Made by a program: the position numbers and the translations under genes. The notes below the pieces were generated by a model. The model was not told the DNA's origin. It saw only the letters and a program-made list of their open reading frames with translations, and ran no database searches. 64,000 nt of DNA from Eledone cirrhosa (Eukaryota). Positions 1 through 12,511 of this stretch are shown here, in pieces; position 1 is the stretch's first letter, and every line of letters starts with the position of its first letter. The stretch is from assembly GCA_964016885.1 (NCBI GenBank), contig OZ024743.1:175088001-175152000 (forward strand), read 5' to 3'.

Positions 1-92
1 CATGCGCAGACTGAGCACACAACACACACACACAAACAAGATGGCGTAGGACAGAACAAAGGAGAGGCACAAAAACAAAAAAAGAATCCCCA

Positions 93-135
93 GTCACTGA
101 AGAGGTCACAGAATGTGTGACGAAAGAACTTTGAC
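93..135 (+). ncRNA. Minimal type I hammerhead ribozyme motif
   Basis: gtca-CTGAAGA-g-gtcaca/gaatg/tgtgac-GAAA-gaac-TT-tgac: 4-bp stem I, conserved core, 6-bp stem II, very short stem III; lies about 150 nt before a (TA)n junction, like the other pLTR ends in the window. Confidence 0.6.
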
Positions 136-326
136 AATATATAAACAACCATCTGGTTGTGGAACCAACCAACCAACCGGAAATTTATAAATTCCTAAAT
201 TTATAAATTTATTATAATGAATTGAAGTGAAAGGAACTGGTGCGTGTGTTTCTTATTGGCAACATGACCCTCCCAAAGTATAACAATATGTATATATATA
301 TATGTATATATATATATGTATATATA

Positions 327-1660
327 GGAACCAGTAAGACCCCGACAGCTGAGCTCAAGCCGTTTCGACGGCTAATTCTGGACTAAATGAAAATTTATCC
401 TGGTATTTAAATAGCCGATCTTCTCAAGGGGTAATTCCATATATGGTCAAAGTGATTGTCAAAAATCAGTAGTAATTCTGTGGTTGCAAATTAGTAGGGG
501 AGATGGTGGCTAAACCTGCCAGCAGGAGAAAGAGGGGAGGGGGTGGAGTAGACCCAATCAAGCGTTGGTAGTGCCAGCTACAGCTGGGCATGAGGTCAAA
601 GAAGATACTGGGGAGGGGGAGGGAGAGGAAGTCGGAACGGTAGGTAGAACGATGGGGGGTAGAAATATATAGGAAAACAAATACTGAGAGTGAAGAAAAG
701 CAAATAAGTGTAAAGAAAAAAGTAAAGTAAATTCTACGACCTAGGTCTCTAGCTATTGTTAGGCTAGAATAAATAAATAAAGAAAGAAAGAAAGAAGTAA
801 AGAAAGAAATAAAGAAATAACGAAATAAGTAAAAGAACTAGGTGGGACGAAATAGGCAAGGACCCTTTTAAGAGGTATAAGTACGTAAATGATACGGTGA
901 CGGGTCAACAAAAGGGGCCAAAATACTAAAGAGACTACCACGAAATAAACAATAAAGGTTTCCATCCCGGGCACAATGCCAGCAACCACCCAGTGCAGCA
1001 AAGTGAACTAGTACGAGATAATAATTCTGAGTCCCGAGAAAAATATATACTAATGCTAACTCTAAAAGATCTAAAACAAGCTACATGAAAGTTCGTACGA
1101 AGTAAAGGTAGAATACGGAAAAATAAATTCAGAATCCACCCCGCCCAAAAGAAAAGCGAAGAAAGAAATACTGAAACGAAAAAATAAGGCATAAGTGCCA
1201 CTAAGAAATATAGAGGGCACAGAGAATAGTGGGAGCGGTCGGAAAAAGGGGACAAGTATCCGGGGTCTAAACCCACTACTATAAAAGGCGGAGTCCGCCA
1301 AATCTATCATAGACTAGGGGAGGGGGTGGGGGTACTAAGGCTACAAGGGGCCAAAGGGCAGCCTCGGGTGGGCGAGAAAAGACGCCGACAAAGGAGAAGA
1401 GCTGGGGTAGAAGGACTAAGGAGAGAGGGGGGAAGGAAATAAAGGAAGCGATAAAAGAATACAAAGAAGATCTTACGTCTCCCTTGGCAAGCAGGGGTTA
1501 CCCATTGCAAAATCGGCAAGTGGGGTGTTATAGCCCTAGTCTACCCCCCCCCCCCCCGGGTCATTATGGGGTTTGAGGGCGAGGTAAGTCCTACGCAATC
1601 TAGAACTGTTTCATTCATCTGAATGAAACAGTTCTAGTCCTGTAGAAGCTCCTTCTATAC
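327..1660 (-). mobile_element. Non-coding PLE 3'/pLTR segment, family A, with terminal foldback
   Basis: Homologous to 63139-63540; carries an HHR at 339-432; flanked by (TA)n; palindrome ctagaactgtttcattca/tgaatgaaacagttctag at about 1600-1637. Confidence 0.65.
339..432 (-). ncRNA. Type I hammerhead ribozyme, U3-A8 core variant (family A)
   Basis: Minus strand: acccc-TTGAGAA-gatcggcta...tagccgtc-GAAA-cggcttgagctcagct-GTC-ggggt; stems I, II and III all form; GUC cleavage triplet. Confidence 0.8.
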
Positions 1661-1678
1661 AATAAATATATATATATA

Positions 1679-1841
1679 TAACGAAGGAAATGTGGTAAGG
1701 AACCAGATTGACCATAACGCACCAAAGTACTCAATACTTAGGGTAGTAGAGTGGGTAATAGGAACGAGTAGGACCCCGACGGCTGAGCTCAAGCCGTTTC
1801 GACGGCTAATTCTTGACTGAGTCGGGGTCCTACTCGTTCCT
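1679..1841 (-). mobile_element. Family A mini-insertion: 3' half of HHR + tail + short inverted copy
   Basis: Matches 13826-14011 and 25768-25965; inverted gtcggggtcctactcgttcc at about 1820-1840; (TA)n on both sides. Confidence 0.8.
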
Positions 1842-1872
1842 ATATATATATATGTATATATATATGTATATA

Positions 1873-1996
<124 letters not shown>

Positions 1997-2014
1997 TATA
2001 TATACACACACATA

Positions 2015-2064
<50 letters not shown>

Positions 2065-2261
2065 GATAAATCTACCAAGAGTTTACGGTAGTGTCCAATC
2101 CGTATGAAGAACTCAATGTATTCCGGATATCATGGAAAGAAGAGATGCAATGAAAAATCACTTTCGGTGAAAGATAAACGGAATACAGAGTCAAGATAAT
2201 ATATTAAAAAAATAATGAATAAAACAATGAAACAGTTCCTTATATTAAACAAAAAAAGTTC

Positions 2262-2410
2262 ATTATTTAACGATCGTTTCTAGGATATATATGTGTTAGA
2301 ATTGGCATGCATATTCAACAGATCTATGTACAAAATTATACAAAATTATACAAACTATCAAGATTAAATATACATACCAAACACACATATATGCCGTCTT
2401 CAGAAATAAT
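2262..2410 (-). ncRNA. Hammerhead motif with about 116-nt stem II (PLE-1 3' pLTR)
   Basis: attattt-CTGAAGA-[long hairpin incl. ttggtatgtatatttaa/ttgaatatgcatgccaa]-GAAA-cgatc-GTT-aaataat; palindromic stem III acgatcgt. Confidence 0.75.
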
Positions 2411-3021
2411 GAAATATATTTATTGATAATAACAACAATTCAAAATTTCAGGTCCGTTTGGGAACGGAGTTCAAATTGACCAATGAAAATACAAAAAATT
2501 TTATGCAGTTTGGTGTGTGTATATACATGTAATTAACTTCATACACATATTTATACAAAGATATATGCTCACATGCATACGCATGCCAAAAAGATGTATG
2601 CAAATACAAAAATTCAAGGCTAATGTCTCTGTAAGTTTATAATCCACAGATAAAATGCGTATAGACACATAAATATGAAGTAAATGTATACACATATTCA
2701 CATACTCACACATATCCGTACACTCACACACACACGCGCGCATATGCATAAACATACACATAACTACGAACATACATACACACACACACCCCCACACACA
2801 TATATATGTGGATATAGTATTATCATAAGCATATGGATATTAATGCACGCACATAAAACACTGCCACACACATTTAGATCAAGATACAGAAATTAGGTGG
2901 GAGGGGGGAGAGGTCAGTATTCAACGGTTTCGGCAGACTGCTTATTTATAGATGTATCTATAAACTTAGAAATAAAAAGAAAAGAAAAGAAAAAGAAAAA
3001 AGAAAAAAGAAATATATCAAG

Positions 3022-3067
<46 letters not shown>

Positions 3068-3295
3068 CACACATACAACACACACACACACACATATATA
3101 AACGTATACATATATATATACACACACATGTACACACATACATATATATATATACACACATATATACACATATATACACACACACATATATTCACACACA
3201 TATATATATATACACGCACATATACATACACATACATACTTATATACATACAGACATACACATATATACATATATATACACACATATACATACAG

Positions 3296-3326
<31 letters not shown>

Positions 3327-4591
3327 TACATACACACACATACATATTCATACATAGACATAGATATATATTCACACACACATACGCACTTACATATACG
3401 CATATATACAAATACATACGCATCCATATATCCGTATGTACATACAAACACCACTACACTCTCACAGAACTCAGACATACAAAGAAAAAGGTATATACAT
3501 ATACACATATACACACATAAATAGAGATACATATACATATATATATACATATACATATATATATATATACACACATATATATACATTTATATATATATAT
3601 ATATATACATACACGTACACACACATACACATACACACATACACATATACACACATACATATATAGTCACACACACACACACACCTACACATACATACAC
3701 ATACACATATATAAAGATATATATACACACATACACACACACACATATATAATAAATATATATATATATATATATATACATATATATATACATATACATA
3801 CACATATACATACATACATACACATACATACATACATATACACACATATATATACACACATACACACATACATACATACACACACACATACATGCACACA
3901 CATACATACTCATACATAGACATAGATATATATTCACACACGGATACGCACTTACATATACGCATATATACAAATACATACGCATCCATATATGCGTATA
4001 TACATACAAACACCACTACACTCTCACACAACTCAGACATACAAAGAAAAAGGTATATACATATACATATATACACACATAAATAGAGATACATATACAC
4101 ATATATATATATATACATACACATATATATATACACACACACACATACAACCATAAACACACATACAAACACATACATACACACATATATACATATATAT
4201 ACACACACACAAAAACACACATACACATATATATTTACATATATATATATATACACATATACACACCTTCACATATATATATATACACATAAGTTATATT
4301 ATAATAATAAATAATATATATATATACACATACAAATATATATATACACATAGACATACATATATATATACACACACACACACACTCACATATATATGTG
4401 CTCACACGTACACATATACACATACATACATATACACATAAACATATACATGTGCATATATGTACATACACACATATACCCACATAGATACGAAGATACA
4501 CATATATATAGAGAGACATACATATACATACACATATATACACACACATACATACACACATATATATACACACACATACACGCCCACACAC

Positions 4592-4640
<49 letters not shown>

Positions 4641-5371
4641 CATACATATATATATACACATATATATACATATATATATACATACAATCATACATCCTTA
4701 TTTGCATGCACATATATGTATTTTTATACTCAGATATAAACACCCAAACATATATACACCTACCTACATATATATTCATACATACACGCTTACAAATACA
4801 GATAATAATAGTATGGGGGAAAGGGGGGGTGGAGAAGGGGATTATAGTAAATATATGTTTCAAGAAACATAGAATATTAATCTGTATTTGGATCTCAATA
4901 TATGTTTTTACATAGTTTCAGTGTTAGGAAATGCAAAAAATAAGGCAAAATTATGCATTTCAATATAAGTATACCATTAATTATAGGTTAACTAAACTAA
5001 AGATAGTTAACATATTGATTTCTAAGGTGTAAATTAGTTAGGTTTATAATATTTGAAGCAGAATTTTGAAGTTAAATAGTAGTAGAGTATTAATTATAGT
5101 ATAACTAAATTAAAATTATTAACGTTATGGTATCAATATTAGGAAATGAATTTAGTAATAGGGAAAAAACAAATAAAGTATTACATCGGTAGTAGAATAT
5201 AAATTATAGGTTAACTAAATTAAAAATTATATATTAATTTCTATAGTATATGTTAATTAGGTATATAATAAATAAAACAGATATTGTATTTTATCAATAG
5301 CAGAATATAATTATATGCAAACAGAAATCAAAATTAATACATATACATATACATATATATACATATATATG

Positions 5372-5770
5372 AAATACGTCCTTTCACGCACAAGGCGTCA
5401 AGGTACGCATGTATTGTCCAACCAAGTGCCAGTGTGGTTCAATGGCGGGTTAATAAATTACGGTGGCTAGTTCGACCTACCTCCTTTTGCCTCTATCTTT
5501 ACTACGGCCCTTGATAAACCTGTTCTACATCATCCACTCTCATCCCAGGAACAGTCTTTGATAGCGCTAGTTTGTGATTTAAATTCAGGAATTTTATATT
5601 CTTTGAATGAAAAGAACCTTCTGACGAGAATCTCTCTTTGCAACGAAGGCCGTATGGCCTACGTTTTATTTTTGGGATTCGAAACCGATCGGTAAAGGTA
5701 ACTATAGTAGGTAAAGTCAATTTTTTAAAATTTATTTTGAAACTTTTTCATTATTTACTAAACCTTGTTT
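5372..5770 (+). mobile_element. Short HHR-bearing insertion nested antisense in the PLE-1 3' region
   Basis: GC-richer island between TA-rich microsatellites; contains a well-formed HHR at 5616-5699. Confidence 0.6.
5616..5699 (+). ncRNA. Type I hammerhead ribozyme
   Basis: acctt-CTGACGA-gaatctc...aggcc gtat ggcct...gggattc-GAAA-ccgatcg-GTA-aaggt; palindromic stem III accgatcggt; 53-nt stem II. Confidence 0.88.
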
Positions 5771-6305
5771 ATATATATACATATATATATATACACATAT
5801 ATATACATACATACACATACACATACATACATACATATACATATTTTTTCAAAAATTGCAAAGAATATATTAACTAGGTATACATCCAAAACACATCCCA
5901 TTCTATGATTACATGACACTCTGCAATCCGTCTGTATTAGGATACTAATTTTAAGCCAATTAAATTAAATTTTTAGGTTGACTAAATTTAAAACCAAATT
6001 ATAAATATATTTCTAAAATGTATATTAATTAGGTCTATAATACTAAAAATTATTTCTCTGTCATTGAATACACGATATTTTGTTATATTTTATCTGTAAA
6101 GGAATTTTAATAAAAGGTTAAATAAATTAAAATTAATCTATAAATTAAATTACTAAGTATATATTAGTAATATTTAAAGGTTTTTCACAATTTATGATTA
6201 CACAATATTTTATATTCTCATCTGTAGTAGAATTTTAATTAAATTAAATTTATAGGTTAACTAACATTTAAATTAAATTATATATTAATTTCTAAAATAA
6301 TGTTA

Positions 6306-8769
6306 TTAATTAGGTTTATAATATTTAAATGTTTTTTTTAGTTTATGATTACACGATATAATTAATTCCTGTCGTTTATTTAATAGGATATCCTTAGATT
6401 TCATTATTTCAAATAGTTCTTGGGAACATAATCTACATTCATTTCTATTATTTTGATAAGGGGTGGCTCTTTTGAGCACACTCCAGGTCAAATCATATTC
6501 TATATTCTTATTTTTATAACTATTGATTTTTTCTGCTAGAGATGTTGTATTAGCCAGTGCGGCATTTTTAAAACTATGCTTGTGGGTATTAAACCTTGTC
6601 TTAAAATTGTTAGAAGTAGCTCCTATATATGAGCAAATAGAATCTTTAGTTTTAACATTACATTTATAGACTATGTTGTTAACAAGACAATTCCCTTTTA
6701 ATGGGCAGTTTGCTTTGTTTCTACAGTTACAACCTTTCGTTAATTCTGTATTTGAGGAGATATTATGGTTAGTTTGATGTATTGGTGGTATACTTATGGT
6801 TTTCTTACATTTATATGCATTATAGGCACTTATATTTTGTTTTATGTTATTTGTTGTTGAGTATGAGAATTTAACTGTAGACCTATTTAAGATTTGATGG
6901 TATTTGTGGTTTGGCGGGAAGTTTTTCTCTAGGATATAAAAAAATTTTTTAGCAATATTATCCTTAATTTGTAAATTAAATGGAGCATTATACCAAGTAA
7001 CCCGTCTATTACGGTTTCTATGTTGTTTATTATTTTTATTATTTTTATAGGTTGTATCGTGATGTTTACTAGGAGGATTAATGTTAATGATCTCACCACA
7101 ACCATTTTTAGTTATATTTGTAGATTTAGGTGTTTTATCTTTTTTATTAGGAGTTTTATTATTAATATTTATTAGAGTTGTATGATGATTAGTTTTTTGA
7201 GAGTTACTATATTTTATATTAGAAGATTTGATATTTTAGGGTATAGTGTGGGTGGCATTTAGGTGTGTACTTTTCATTTGGTGTTTGTTGGTAATATTAG
7301 GTTGTATGTTTTTAGTATTTTTAGTAGAAGGTATATATTCTAATCTATTTTTGTGGCCACTTCTATCTTGAGCTTCGTTATAGAAGGTCGCATTTTTATC
7401 AAATACATCTTGGTTAGAAGAAAGGTTAGAAATTCTAAGTGATATATTATATGCAAGGTTTTTAAGGATAGATTTAGGGTGATTAGATTGTGAGTGTATG
7501 TAATGTAAGTTTTGGTTTGGTTTATGGTAAGGTTGGTAGATACCCGTAGCTAAATCTAAAGTTATATCTAGGAAATTTACTACTTTACTTGTTTTTTCAA
7601 AAGTAATATGAAGATTATAATAGTCTTTAAGGAAAGTTCTAATATGTTTTTTGTTTTTTTCTATTTCTGAAAGGCTAAGGTTGTTAGAAAGAAGAAGACA
7701 GTCATCACGATATAAACCACCTTTAAGGTGGGGAAAGGAGGCATTTATGTTGAAAAGGAGAAAGAGGCCCACAAGATCAGTAATTTGGGCGGAATCGCTT
7801 GAACCCATAGTAATATCAAATAGATTACTATATGTGTTTCTGGTCCAGTATTCATTCTGAAATTCAATAAGTGTTAGTCTAGCATGTGTAATAATATTAA
7901 TGTCATCCAAAGTTAAGTTAGATCTATTTTTAGCAAATATCAAAGCTTTGTTCAGGAGTATAGGTGATATAGAAGAATAGTAATTATCTATATCAAATTG
8001 TAGAAATGAAGCAGAAGATTTACATTTAATATTTTTAAACCAGTTAATTACCTGGGAGGTGTTTTCCCAGAGTGGTAAAATAACGTGTTTTCTTATTTGT
8101 GGGATGACTCTATCCAAAATTTTTTTGCTAATTATTCCGATATCTGATTTGGAGGGACATATAAGTCTTATAGAAGGATTTGAGTTAAAGTTTGATTTAT
8201 GATCCTTCAGGTTGAAGTGTGGTCTTTTCAATGCCAAAGGTTCAGTTCTATCTTCAATGTTTAGTTTTTTTACTATGTTGTGTGTTTTGTTGTTGATGTT
8301 GGTGAGTGACGCATTATTGGATTTTTTATAATTTTTCCTGAGTTCTTTATATATGAACTCATTATAATGTTCAATATCCATGTGATACAAGTTACCAGTT
8401 TTGTCCGAGTGGACATGGATTTTTTTTAGACTTTTTTAGGTCCAATAGGGTAGAATCAAGGTCCTTTTGAAAGACGGATTTATACTTTTTAAATTTGAGG
8501 TGTTTAATTAAATTAAAAAGGTCTTTCTCAAAGTCTTCAAGTAAAGAGTTGTGTGGTGGATTCTTGTAAGTATTGAAATCATACATATATTTCCGATCTG
8601 CATGTTTAGATTTTTTATCGAAGTGGTAGGCCCTCCATCTAACCCTTCTGATAAAATTATTAGTTTTTTGAATCATAAGGAGTAAGAAGTCATCCTTAGA
8701 AGGTATTGGTATGTTCTTTAAAGAGGTTCCCAAATATTGTTTTTCCATTGTGATATGGATGATGGACAA
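6306..8769 (-). pseudogene. PLE-1 RT + GIY-YIG endonuclease ORF (one frameshift, one nonsense codon)
   Basis: Motifs LQFDIDNYYSSI, TMGS, LYRDDCL, RRVTWYNAPF, CNCRNKANCPLKGNCL, IVYKC...YIGAT, CRLC; frameshift in an A-run near 8420; in-frame TAA at 7236-7238, after which the frame stays open to 6306. Confidence 0.93.
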
Positions 8770-9101
8770 TTGAGAGAGCTCAACTAAATGTATATGGGTT
8801 TACAAAATCATACATATATATGTATATACATAAATATAAAATTAATACACACATACAGTACAAAAATACGAATATTTCCGTGAAAATAGGAGCAAAATTA
8901 TGTAGATAAATCTACCAAGAGTTTACGGTAGTGTCCAATCCGTATGAAGAACTCAATGTATTCCGGATATCATGGAAAGAAGAGATGCAATGAAAAATCA
9001 CTTTCGGTGAAAGATAAACGGAATACAGAGTCAAGATAAAATATTAAAAAAATAATGAATAAAACAATGAAACAGTTCCTTATATTAAACAAAAAAAGTT
9101 C

Positions 9102-9250
9102 ATTATTTAACGATCGTTTCTAGGATATATATGTGTTAGAATTGGCATGCATATTCAACAGATCTATGTACAAAATTATACAAAATTATACAAACTATCA
9201 AGATTAAATATACATACCAAACACACATATATGCCGTCTTCAGAAATAAT
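9102..9250 (-). ncRNA. Hammerhead motif, long stem II (PLE-1 5' pLTR copy)
   Basis: Same sequence as 2262-2410. Confidence 0.75.
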
Positions 9251-10158
9251 GAAATATATTTATTGATAATAACAACAATTCAAAATTTCAGGTCCGTTTG
9301 GGAACGGAGTTCAAATTGACCAATGAAAATATGGTTGTATGTGTGTGTGTGTATATATATATGTGTATGTATATATATATATATGTGTATATGTATCTCT
9401 ATTTATGTGTGTATATATGTATATGTATATACCTTTTTCTTTGTATGTCTGAGTTGTGTGAGAGTGTAGTGGTGTTTGTATGTATATACGCATATATGGA
9501 TGCGTATGTATTTGTATATATGCGTATATGTAAGTGCGTATCCGTGTGTGAATATATATCTATGTCTATGTATGAGTATGTATGTGTGTGCATGTATGTG
9601 TGTGTGTATGTATGTATGTGTGTATGTGTGTATATATATGTGTGTATATGTATGTATGTATGTGTATGTATGTATGTATATGTGTATGTATATGTATATA
9701 TATATGTATATATATATATATATATATATTTATTATATATGTGTGTGTGTGTATGTGTGTATATATATCTTTATATATGTGTATGTGTATGTATGTGTAG
9801 GTGTGTGTGTGTGTGTGACTATATATGTATGTGTATATGTGTATGTATGTATGTGTATGTGTGTGTACGTGTATGTATATATATATATATATATATAAAT
9901 GTATATATATGTGTGTATATATATATATATGTATATGTATATATATATGTATATGTATCTCTATTTATGTGTGTATATGTGTATATGTATATACCTTTTT
10001 CTTTGTATGTCTGAGTTCTGTGAGAGTGTAGTGGTGTTTGTATGTACATACGGATATATGGATGCGTATGTATTTGTATATATGCGTATGTGTAAGTGCG
10101 TATGTGTGCGTGAATATATATCTATGTCTATGTATGAATATGTATGTGTGTGTATGTA

Positions 10159-10189
<31 letters not shown>

Positions 10190-10417
10190 CTGTATGTATA
10201 TGTGTGTATATATATGTATATATGTGTATGTCTGTATGTATATAAGTATGTATGTGTATGTATATGTGCGTGTATATATATATATGTGTGTGAATATATA
10301 TGTGTGTGTATATATGTGTATATATGTGTGTATATATATATATGTATGTGTGTACATGTGTGTGTATATATATATGTATACGTTTATATATGTGTGTGTG
10401 TGTGTGTTGTATGTGTG

Positions 10418-10463
<46 letters not shown>

Positions 10464-11074
10464 CTTGATATATTTCTTTTTTCTTTTTTCTTTTTCTTTT
10501 CTTTTCTTTTTATTTCTAAGTTTATAGATACATCTATAAATAAGCAGTCTGCCGAAACCGTTGAATACTGACCTCTCCCCCCACCCACCTAATTTCTGTA
10601 TCTTGATCTAAATGTGTGTGGCAGTGTTTTATGTGCGTGCATTAATATCCATATGCTTATGATAATACTATATCCACATATATATGTGTGTGGGGGTGTG
10701 TGTGTGTATGTATGTTCGTAGTTATGTGTATGTTTATGCATATGCGCGCGTGTGTGTGTGAGTGTACGGATATGTGTGAGTATGTGAATATGTGTATACA
10801 TTTATTTCATATTTATGTGTCTATACGCATTTTATCTGTGGATTATAAACTTACAGAGACATTAGCCTTGAATTTTTGTATTTGCATACATCTTTTTGGC
10901 ATGCGTATGCATGTGAGCATATATCTTTGTATAAATATGTGTATGAAGTTAATTACATGTATATACACACACCAAACTGCATAAAATTTTTTGTATTTTC
11001 ATTGGTCAATTTGAACTCCGTTCCCAAACGGACCTGAAATTTTGAATTGTTGTTATTATCAATAAATATATTTC

Positions 11075-11223
11075 ATTATTTCTGAAGACGGCATATATGT
11101 GTGTTTGGTATGTATATTTAATCTTGATAGTTTGTATAATTTTGTATAATTTTGTACATAGATCTGTTGAATATGCATGCCAATTCTAACACATATATAT
11201 CCTAGAAACGATCGTTAAATAAT
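11075..11223 (+). ncRNA. Hammerhead motif, long stem II (PLE-1 inverted pLTR copy)
   Basis: Reverse complement of 2262-2410. Confidence 0.75.
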
Positions 11224-11939
11224 GAACTTTTTTTGTTTAATATAAGGAACTGTTTCATTGTTTTATTCATTATTTTTTTAATATTTTATATATATATATA
11301 TATATATATTAGAAAGTGAGGGTTTTTTTTACAAAATGAAAAATGAAATCGAAAATGCAACTGGAGTCTTATTTAAAAAAATATATATATATTTATTTGG
11401 TTCCTTTATCGGTTTCGCAATTCTTCTGCTTTTCAAAAGTAGAGTTGAGATGGAGGGTCTGTGGTTTTTCTCACATATATATATATTTATAATTTTTCAC
11501 TTTTTAATTGTGTTTTTGTTTTGATATGCACTCTTTTTTTTTTGCTATTAATTTTGTCTCTCACTCTTTTAAGTTGTGAAATAGACTGGTTATCTACGCA
11601 CGAGGCTGACACATTTCAGCTAGCTACTATATTGCTATATAATGGTTGATCGCATTTAAAGTCTGTTAAAGGTTCTTGGCACTACCATTGTTACTATCGC
11701 TTTCTTCTAGGCATGGGGATTGGAGACACGACCCGAGTGCTACCATTCTATTATACATCAATGTGAACTGCTATTTCTAATAGCCATCTTTTCACCTCTT
11801 AATAATTTATGTGTGAGACACGTTGGCCGAGTACTTTTGACGGGAACGAAAAGATTGATTCTTTTAGCTTCCCGCCGTCACGTAAAACTTGTAAATCAGG
11901 TGGTTGTTGAGAGATAGAGTCCTATCGGGTGCCAGTTGC

Positions 11940-12071
11940 TAATCGCTTTACCGTGTCAGTCGTCACAAACAGTCATGACCGGCATAGGCTGGTCTTCGGA
12001 TTCTGTCGATCGATTATTGATTAGGCGATACCCGCTGATGAAGCCACATAAGCCGATTGTACATTGTTGCA
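11940..12071 (+). repeat. Truncated copy of the HHR-bearing repeat at 23310-23700
   Basis: Aligns with about 23355-23485; contains acccg-CTGATGA-agccacat but is cut by (TA)n before GAAA. Confidence 0.7.
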
Positions 12072-12091
12072 TATATATATATATATATAAT

Positions 12092-12192
<101 letters not shown>

Positions 12193-12199
12193 TATATTG

Positions 12200-12350
12200 G
12201 GACCGGGCGATGCGTTATGTCCTTGAGCAAGACACTTTATTTCACGTTGCTCCTTCTACCTGGAGTTGCGACCGATAGATAGTATTAGAAACTGGAAAGA
12301 CCGACGAAACATTGTTTCCTCGGTCCGATTTGACGAAAGTCGATCGATCC
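12200..12350 (+). mobile_element. SINE fragment (core region)
   Basis: tgtccttgagcaagacacttt motif typical of the body of metazoan tRNA-derived SINEs. Confidence 0.5.
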
Positions 12351-12473
12351 TTTTTAATATATATATATTTATATAGTGGTAGAACACTGGAAGGTAATAT
12401 CCGTAGTGGTAGAGCACTCAGTCCATGGGACGAGTTAGGTAGAAGTGGTTACACAACAGTTAGTTCACTATAC

Positions 12474-12511
12474 CGAGAACAATTGTTTCACCTTAGCAGA
12501 TCCTCAGCTCG
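12474..12511 (-). ncRNA. Minimal hammerhead motif
   Basis: cgag-CTGAGGA-tctgctaaggt-GAAA-caatt-GTT-ctcg; palindromic acaattgt; weak stem II. Confidence 0.6.

Larger units (their letters stand above)
2061..11288 (-). mobile_element. Full-length Penelope-like element PLE-1: inverted pLTR - partial pLTR - ORF - microsatellite-rich 3' pLTR with tail
   Basis: 8900-9330 is a near-identical direct repeat of 2061-2490; 9331-11288 is the reverse complement of about 2197-4154; RT/GIY-YIG ORF lies between; (TA)n at both flanks. Confidence 0.92.
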
